Assembly (NCBI GenBank): GCA_047638715.1
Contig: JBLIMK010000002.1
Location: 24,161-88,160 of the forward strand
Length of the DNA stretch: 64,000 nt
DNA from: Verrucomicrobiales bacterium
GTDB taxonomy: Bacteria > Actinomycetota > Acidimicrobiia > Acidimicrobiales > SHLQ01
Direction: 5' to 3'
The position numbers were made by a program, and so were the translations under genes. Below, in pieces: positions 58,704 to 64,000 of this stretch. Numbering within the stretch: position 1 is the first letter of the stretch; the number at the start of each line of letters is the position of its first letter. Under the pieces are notes generated by a model that saw only the letters and a program-made list of their open reading frames with translations, was not told the origin of the DNA and did no database searches.

Positions 58704-59207
58704 GTGCGACGTCTGTTTCTTGTTCTTTTCGGCTGCAGTCTTTTGGTTTCGGGAGCAGCAGCGGGTGCGACCGCGACCATAAATCTCGTGGCCGCATCGT
58801 CCGTTCAGGTAGACGAAGGGGTATTCATCCCGCCGGTCACAGCGCCGATTCTCGACCCATTTCGGCCGCCGACGAATCCGTTCGGGTCAGGGAATCGCGG
58901 GGTCGAGTACGACACATCTGTGGGCCAGACCGTCGTCGCAACACATGGCGGTGTGGTGACCTTCAGCGGCCAGGTCGGCGGATCCCTTTTCGTCACCGTG
59001 CAGCACAGCCAATCGTTGAAGACGACGGTCGGATTCGTAAACGAAACGCTCGTGGAGGTCGGCGACCTCGTCATCCAAGGCCAAGCGATCGCTCGAGCGG
59101 GAGGCTCGATCCACTTCACAGCTCGACGTCATGGTCTTTACATCGACCCTAAGTCGTTGTTTGAACGGTTCCGCAGCGTCGTCCGGCTGGTGGCTGGTTT
59201 CGACTAG
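58704..59207 (+). CDS. Secreted M23 peptidase-like protein with degenerate metal site
   Basis: Signal peptide; F.PP..P.G.GNRG, G.V.F.G.VGG, V..H, V..G..V..G..I, YIDP. Confidence 0.75.
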   Translation: MRRLFLVLFGCSLLVSGAAAGATATINLVAASSVQVDEGVFIPPVTAPILDPFRPPTNPFGSGNRGVEYDTSVGQTVVATHGGVVTFSGQVGGSLFVTVQHSQSLKTTVGFVNETLVEVGDLVIQGQAIARAGGSIHFTARRHGLYIDPKSLFERFRSVVRLVAGFD

Positions 59208-59320
59208 CGCGAAGGCGATTCCGCGAGCACGTGCTGCCGAGCGCTTACGGCGCTATCGTAAAGCATGGGCAAAGTCTGCCCAACAGTTGCGCTCGCCGTA
59301 GCTGATGAGAGATTCCCGAC

Positions 59321-59385
59321 GTGCTTTTTCTGCGGTCGCCTTTGGCGCCTGGGTCCGTCGTTCATCGAAACCGCAGGGAAGGTAT
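59321..59385 (+). promoter_or_regulatory. rpsB leader stem that sequesters the ribosome binding site
   Basis: GTGCTTTTTCTGCGGT (59321-59336) pairs with ACCGCAGGGAAGGTAT (59370-59385), including G-U pairs. Confidence 0.55.
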
Positions 59386-59389
59386 TTCC

Positions 59390-60586
59390 ATGGCAGTTAT
59401 CACCATGAAGCAGTTGCTCGACGCTGGCGTTCACTTCGGTCATCAGACCCGCCGCTGGAACCCGAAGATGAAGCGTTTCATCCACGGCGAGCGCAACGGC
59501 ATCTACATCATCGATCTCAACCAGACGTTGAACCTGATCGGAGATGCCTACACCTACGTTCGCGACCTCACCGCCAATGGCGGCACGATCATGTTCGTCG
59601 GCACGAAACGCCAGGCGCAGGACTCGATCCAGTCGTACGCCGAGAAGTGCGGCATGCCCTACGTCAACCAGCGTTGGCTCGGTGGCATGCTCACCAACTT
59701 CCAGACGATTCAAAAGCGCGTCGACAAGATGAAGGAATACCAGCGCATGCGCGACTCGGGAGAGTTCGAGGCCATGCCAAAGAAGGAAGCGCTCATGATC
59801 TCTCGTGAGCTCGTAAAGCTCGAGCGCAACCTCGGTGGTATCCGTGGCCTGACCAAGGCCCCCAATGCAGTCTTCGTTCTCGACACCAAGCTCGAACACA
59901 CCGCAGTGACCGAAGCGAACAAGCTCGGTCTTCCCCTCGTGGCGGTCGTCGACACGAACTGTGACCCCGATCTTGTCGATTACGTCATCCCAGGAAACGA
60001 CGACGCAATCCGTGCTGGTGAATTGATGTGCCGAGTCATCTCTGACGCGGTGCTCGAAGGCCACTTCATTCGTTCGAAGAAGGCCGAGATGGCCGGTATT
60101 CCAGTACCTGGCGAGGATGCACCGGCTGTGTCTGCAGAGCGCAATACAGAAGATCAAGCTGCACACGATGCAACTCAAGCCGAGGCACGCGAGCAAGCAG
60201 CCACCGCAGCAGCCGAGCGTGAAGCTCGAATCGCATCGGAGAAGGATGCGGCTGAAGAAGTAGCCGAAGCGCCCGCAGTCGAAGAAGTAGCCGAAGCGCC
60301 CGCAGTCGAAGAAGTAGCCGAAGCGCCCGCAGTCGAAGAAGTAGCCGAAGCGCCCGCAGTCGAAGAAGTAGCCGAAGCGCCTGCAGTCGAAGAAGTAGCC
60401 GATGGTGCCCATGCCCCAATGCCGGATGGCTCGATGCCAGCCGGGTTTGAGATCAAAGGCAACGCCGACTCGATGAAGTTCCATCAGCCAGGTGGCCGTT
60501 GGTACGAGCAGACAGTTGCTGAGATGTGGTTCAACACACCTGAGGCAGCATCAGCAGCTGGCTACAAAGAAGCCGGCAAGTCTTAA
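59390..60586 (+). CDS. rpsB: 30S ribosomal protein S2 with long acidic repeat tail and an extra C-terminal domain
   Basis: [41 protein letters not shown]; then EEVAEAPAV repeats and [11 protein letters not shown]...WY...AEMWF. Confidence 0.97.
   Translation: MAVITMKQLLDAGVHFGHQTRRWNPKMKRFIHGERNGIYIIDLNQTLNLIGDAYTYVRDLTANGGTIMFVGTKRQAQDSIQSYAEKCGMPYVNQRWLGGMLTNFQTIQKRVDKMKEYQRMRDSGEFEAMPKKEALMISRELVKLERNLGGIRGLTKAPNAVFVLDTKLEHTAVTEANKLGLPLVAVVDTNCDPDLVDYVIPGNDDAIRAGELMCRVISDAVLEGHFIRSKKAEMAGIPVPGEDAPAVSAERNTEDQAAHDATQAEAREQAATAAAEREARIASEKDAAEEVAEAPAVEEVAEAPAVEEVAEAPAVEEVAEAPAVEEVAEAPAVEEVADGAHAPMPDGSMPAGFEIKGNADSMKFHQPGGRWYEQTVAEMWFNTPEAASAAGYKEAGKS
60254..60402 (+). repeat. 27-bp tandem repeat x5.5 encoding EEVAEAPAV
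   Basis: GAAGAAGTAGCCGAAGCGCCCGCAGTC repeated; one synonymous change in copy 5. Confidence 0.95.
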
Positions 60587-60727
60587 GTCGTGGCTGACCC
60601 CGAGGGCATTAGTCCTGATGGGGACGAAGAGTCAACGGACGACGAAAAGGAACAGAACGAATCCAGTGGCGCTGACGCGTCTCTGAGCAACGAAGACGAC
60701 GATCATCCAGAAAGCGAAGAACCACCA

Positions 60728-61519
60728 ATGGCAGATATCACTGTTGCCGACATCAAGGCCCTCCGCGACGCAACCGGCGCCGGCATGATGGACGCGAAGA
60801 AGGCACTTACAGATGCGAACGGCGATCCCGACGCGGCTCGCAAAATCCTGCGTGAAAAGGGTCTAGCGAAAGCCGCTACCCGCGCCGATCGCGACAACGC
60901 CGAAGGTGCAGTCGCATTGGTTGCAGGTGATGGCACGGCGGCGATCGTCCACATGAAGAGCGAAACGGATTTCGCGGCGAAGTCCGAGGAGTTCCTCGCA
61001 GTTCTCGACGCAATCGCCGCTGACGTTCTCGCCGACGGCCCGGAAGCAGCTGCGAAGCATCAAGAAGCCATCGAAGAGCTGCAGATCACGAAGAAAGAGA
61101 ACATCGAGCTTGGTCTCGTAACTCGGATCCAGGCCGGTGAAGGCAACCTTCTCGACACGTACTTGCACAAACAAGACGGCCGTGGTGTCAACGGCGTCAT
61201 TGTCGAAGGCTCTGGCGTTGAGGCCAGCCGGCTCCACGAGGTTGCACTGCACATCGCGTTCGCTAAGCCGCTCGGGTTGTCCCGTGACGAGATAGCCCCG
61301 GCCATCGCCGACGACGAGCGCGCCACACTTATGGACCTCACGCGAGCCGAAGGCAAGCCCGAAGAAATGCTCGAAAAGATCGTCCAGGGCAAGCTGTCTC
61401 GCTGGTACGGCGAGCAAGTCTTGCTCGAGCAGGGATTGAACGGCGACAAGACATCCGTGCGGGACTCGCTCGACGGTGGCAGCATCGTTGGATTCAACCA
61501 GGCATTTCTCGGAGGCTGA
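60728..61519 (+). CDS. tsf: Elongation factor Ts (possible 46-aa acidic N-extension from GTG 60590)
   Basis: IKALRD.TGAGMMDAKKAL, AEG, SETDFAAK, ALHIA, EGKPE..LEKIV.GKL. Confidence 0.95.
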   Translation: MADITVADIKALRDATGAGMMDAKKALTDANGDPDAARKILREKGLAKAATRADRDNAEGAVALVAGDGTAAIVHMKSETDFAAKSEEFLAVLDAIAADVLADGPEAAAKHQEAIEELQITKKENIELGLVTRIQAGEGNLLDTYLHKQDGRGVNGVIVEGSGVEASRLHEVALHIAFAKPLGLSRDEIAPAIADDERATLMDLTRAEGKPEEMLEKIVQGKLSRWYGEQVLLEQGLNGDKTSVRDSLDGGSIVGFNQAFLGG

Positions 61520-61543
61520 ACATCCCCCGCTTAGGAGCATCGA

Positions 61544-62296
61544 ATGACCGACTCGACGAACACCGCTGGTAAGGAAACGCCTTGTTGGGGGCGCATTCTT
61601 CTGAAGGTGTCTGGTGAGGCATTCGCGGGTGAAGAGTCATACGGCATCGATGGCGACACCGTCCAACGGATCGCGAACGACATCGTTTCGGTTCGAGACG
61701 CGTTCGACGTGAGTATCGGTGTCGTGGTCGGCGGCGGAAACATTTGGCGCGGACTCGCGGGCGCTGGTGCCGGTATGGACCGTTCTCAAGCTGACTACAT
61801 GGGCATGCTCGCCACGGTGATTAACGCGTTGGCACTGCAAGATCGTCTCGAACGTCGAGGTCAGCCAACGAGGGTCATGAGCGCCATCCACATGGCTCAG
61901 GTCGCCGAGCCCTACATCAGGCGCCGGGCGATTCGCCATCTCGAGAAGGACCGCGTCGTCGTCTTCGCCGGCGGAACGGGTAATCCGTTCTTCACGACCG
62001 ACACGACCGCAGCGTTGCGTGCGGTCGAGATCGAGGCGGGCGCCGTCCTAAAGGGCACCCACTCAGGAACGGGTGGGCTGTATACCGCCGACCCGAAACT
62101 CGATCCAACGGCGACCAAGATCGACCAGATCACCCACATCGACGTCCTGCAGCGCGGGTTGAAAGCCATGGATTCAACAGCGATCACACTGTGCATGGAC
62201 AACGACCTCCCGATCGTGATGTTCGATCTGATGGGCGAGGACAACGTAAAAAAGATCCTGCGCGGCGAATCGGTCGGCACGCTCGTAAGTAGCTAG
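61544..62296 (+). CDS. pyrH: Uridylate kinase
   Basis: [48 protein letters not shown]. Confidence 0.97.
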   Translation: MTDSTNTAGKETPCWGRILLKVSGEAFAGEESYGIDGDTVQRIANDIVSVRDAFDVSIGVVVGGGNIWRGLAGAGAGMDRSQADYMGMLATVINALALQDRLERRGQPTRVMSAIHMAQVAEPYIRRRAIRHLEKDRVVVFAGGTGNPFFTTDTTAALRAVEIEAGAVLKGTHSGTGGLYTADPKLDPTATKIDQITHIDVLQRGLKAMDSTAITLCMDNDLPIVMFDLMGEDNVKKILRGESVGTLVSS

Positions 62297-62361
62297 GCGA
62301 AATGGGCGCATCTGCGACGGTTGGGCAAGTATTGGTGCCGAAAGCACGTTTGGAGTCCCAC

Positions 62362-62919
62362 ATGAGCGAAATGATCGACCTGATCATCGAAGACATAGCG
62401 TCGAAGATGGAAGGTGTGGTCGCGCACGCGCGGCGCGAAATGGCTACCATCCGGACCGGGCGCGCCAGCTCGTCCTTCGTGGAGAAGCTGAACGTCCAGG
62501 CCTACGGCGTACCCATGACCCTGCAAGAGCTCGCCACGTTCTCGGTTCCCGAAGCCCGCCAGTTGATCATCACACCCCACGACGCAGGAAATGTCGAGGC
62601 GATCGAGCGCGCGATCCGAAACTCCGACCTCGGTTTGTCGCCGAGCAACGACGGCCGCACTCTGCGCTTGGCGTTCCCACCGCTTACCGAGCAACGCCGC
62701 AAAGAACTCGTCAAGGTCATCAACGCAATGGCAGAAGATGGCAAGGGCAAGATCCGCGGATTCCGGCGGGCGGCCCGCAAAGACCTCGACGAGGTCGAAG
62801 GTGTGGGAGAAGACGAGATCGATCGGGCGGAGAAGACACTCGACGAATTCACGAGGTCACACGAAGGTGACATCGATAAAGCCCGTGATGCCAAAGAAAA
62901 GGATCTGCTCGAGGTCTAA
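62362..62919 (+). CDS. frr: Ribosome recycling factor
   Basis: IRTGRA, YG, IERAI..SDLGL.P.NDG, PPLTEQRRKEL.K, KEKDL. Confidence 0.96.
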   Translation: MSEMIDLIIEDIASKMEGVVAHARREMATIRTGRASSSFVEKLNVQAYGVPMTLQELATFSVPEARQLIITPHDAGNVEAIERAIRNSDLGLSPSNDGRTLRLAFPPLTEQRRKELVKVINAMAEDGKGKIRGFRRAARKDLDEVEGVGEDEIDRAEKTLDEFTRSHEGDIDKARDAKEKDLLEV

Positions 62920-62967
62920 GGTCTGCCGCTGGCAGCGAACTAGTCTCGGCGCGTGGAGGAATCTGGC

Positions 62968-64000
62968 GTGGACAACGACAATACATTCGACGATGACACA
63001 GATGGTCCGGGCCGCTCTGTCTTCGGCGACGACCCTGGCCCGGGTACCGGATCTTCGGTGTTCGGTGACCCCGAGCCTGAACTTCCGCTCGGTGCAGTTC
63101 CGCTCGAGACTTCGGAAGCGCCCGGGAACAGCGTGTTCGGCGACGCCGCCGAATCTCCGAAGGCAGCATCGCTCGATGACTGGACCACTCCAGGTTCCGG
63201 TGACATCGCTGCATCTGGCGAAGCCATTGCGCTCGACGTCGAGACCGCTGATGAAGACGACCTCGAGGCGTGGTCCGATCTGAGCTCTTCAGCACCAGCA
63301 TGGGGCGACGGCACAGACGCTGCACCCGAACCAGAGGCATGGGACCCCGGCCCCGGCCCGACCAGCAACGAGCCAGACCGCATTCAGATCGGTGCCGATC
63401 AGAGCGAGCGTTTCTTCACCTACGACGATCAGAATCCGGGCGAGTACGCCGACGATGGTTTTGTCGACGATGGCGGCGCCGCCGGACGTGACATGCAGTC
63501 GGCGTTCATCACCGGGCTTGCACTCCTCGGGATAGCGATCGTTGCGCTGCGTCTTGGGCCTACGGTGGCCCTCACCCTGATCGTGCTCGTCGTCGCGCTG
63601 TCGGCAGGCGAGTTCTTTAATGCGTTACGCGTGGCTGGATACCAGCCTGCGACGTTGCTTGGCATGGCAGCATCTATCTCGATGCCGATCGCGGTCTATT
63701 TCCGTGGCACTCAGGCAGTTGCGATGGTTCTCGCTCTCTCGATTGTGTTTGCGTTGCTCTGGTATTTGGTGGGCGTCGCAACAGAGATGCCGGTCATGAA
63801 CGTGGGCGTCACCTTGCTTGGGATTGTCTACGTCGGCGTATTGGGCAGCTTCGGTGCTGCACTGCTTGAACTAGGACAACGCGGTGGAGTCGCCGGCGAC
63901 GGCACGGGGTTGTTGCTCGCGGCGATAATCGTCACGGTTGGTTATGACGTCGGCGCTTTCTTTGCTGGCCGAAGTTTCGGTCGCACGCCGCTCGCGTCGG
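62968..64000 (+). CDS. cdsA: Phosphatidate cytidylyltransferase with long acidic N-terminal extension (runs off window)
   Basis: SD GGAGGA, GTG 62968; ~170 aa acidic disordered stretch, then TM helices ending in YDVGAFFAGRSFGRTPLA; follows frr. Confidence 0.85.
   Translation, partial: MDNDNTFDDDTDGPGRSVFGDDPGPGTGSSVFGDPEPELPLGAVPLETSEAPGNSVFGDAAESPKAASLDDWTTPGSGDIAASGEAIALDVETADEDDLEAWSDLSSSAPAWGDGTDAAPEPEAWDPGPGPTSNEPDRIQIGADQSERFFTYDDQNPGEYADDGFVDDGGAAGRDMQSAFITGLALLGIAIVALRLGPTVALTLIVLVVALSAGEFFNALRVAGYQPATLLGMAASISMPIAVYFRGTQAVAMVLALSIVFALLWYLVGVATEMPVMNVGVTLLGIVYVGVLGSFGAALLELGQRGGVAGDGTGLLLAAIIVTVGYDVGAFFAGRSFGRTPLAS

Noticed and set aside
59204..60484. Minus-strand ORF with GYFFDCGRF repeats resembling a Cys-rich repeat peptide precursor
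   Set aside because: It is the reverse complement of the EEVAEAPAV repeat in rpsB

Overview
High-GC chromosomal segment made almost entirely of core genes. Gene content and order (multifunctional kgd, uvrD2, DUF501-ppx, DAK2-recG-rsmD-coaD-yceD-rpmF-plsX-acp-rnc-fpg-smc-ftsY-ffh-rpsP-khpA-rimM-trmD-rplS-yraN-comM-dprA-xerC-whiG-rpsB-tsf-pyrH-frr-cdsA) point to an Actinomycetota bacterium, most likely Acidimicrobiia (inference). It opens with the tail of a Cox/Xdh molybdoenzyme-maturation cluster, then gdh, cysQ/cysDNC, ettA, xth, kgd, an ECF sigma/anti-sigma pair and an ATP-type PEP carboxykinase. I saw no rRNA, tRNA, CRISPR array, transposase or prophage. The most notable points are: (1) a MocA-like nucleotidyltransferase fused to DUF501 upstream of ppx; (2) an Fpg at the canonical rnc-smc locus lacking its catalytic Pro, Lys and zinc finger; (3) two candidate structured RNAs flanking ftsY, one with a C-rich anti-SD-like loop behind a two-component system and one in the ffh leader; (4) a secreted RTX-repeat/DUF6174-like/M15B peptidase; (5) a GGGTCTGACCCC REP-like repeat family; (6) a 36-aa membrane peptide missed by the ORF track; (7) ribosomal protein S2 with a long repeat tail and an extra C-terminal domain. 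All calls come from motif recognition by eye; no database searches were run.
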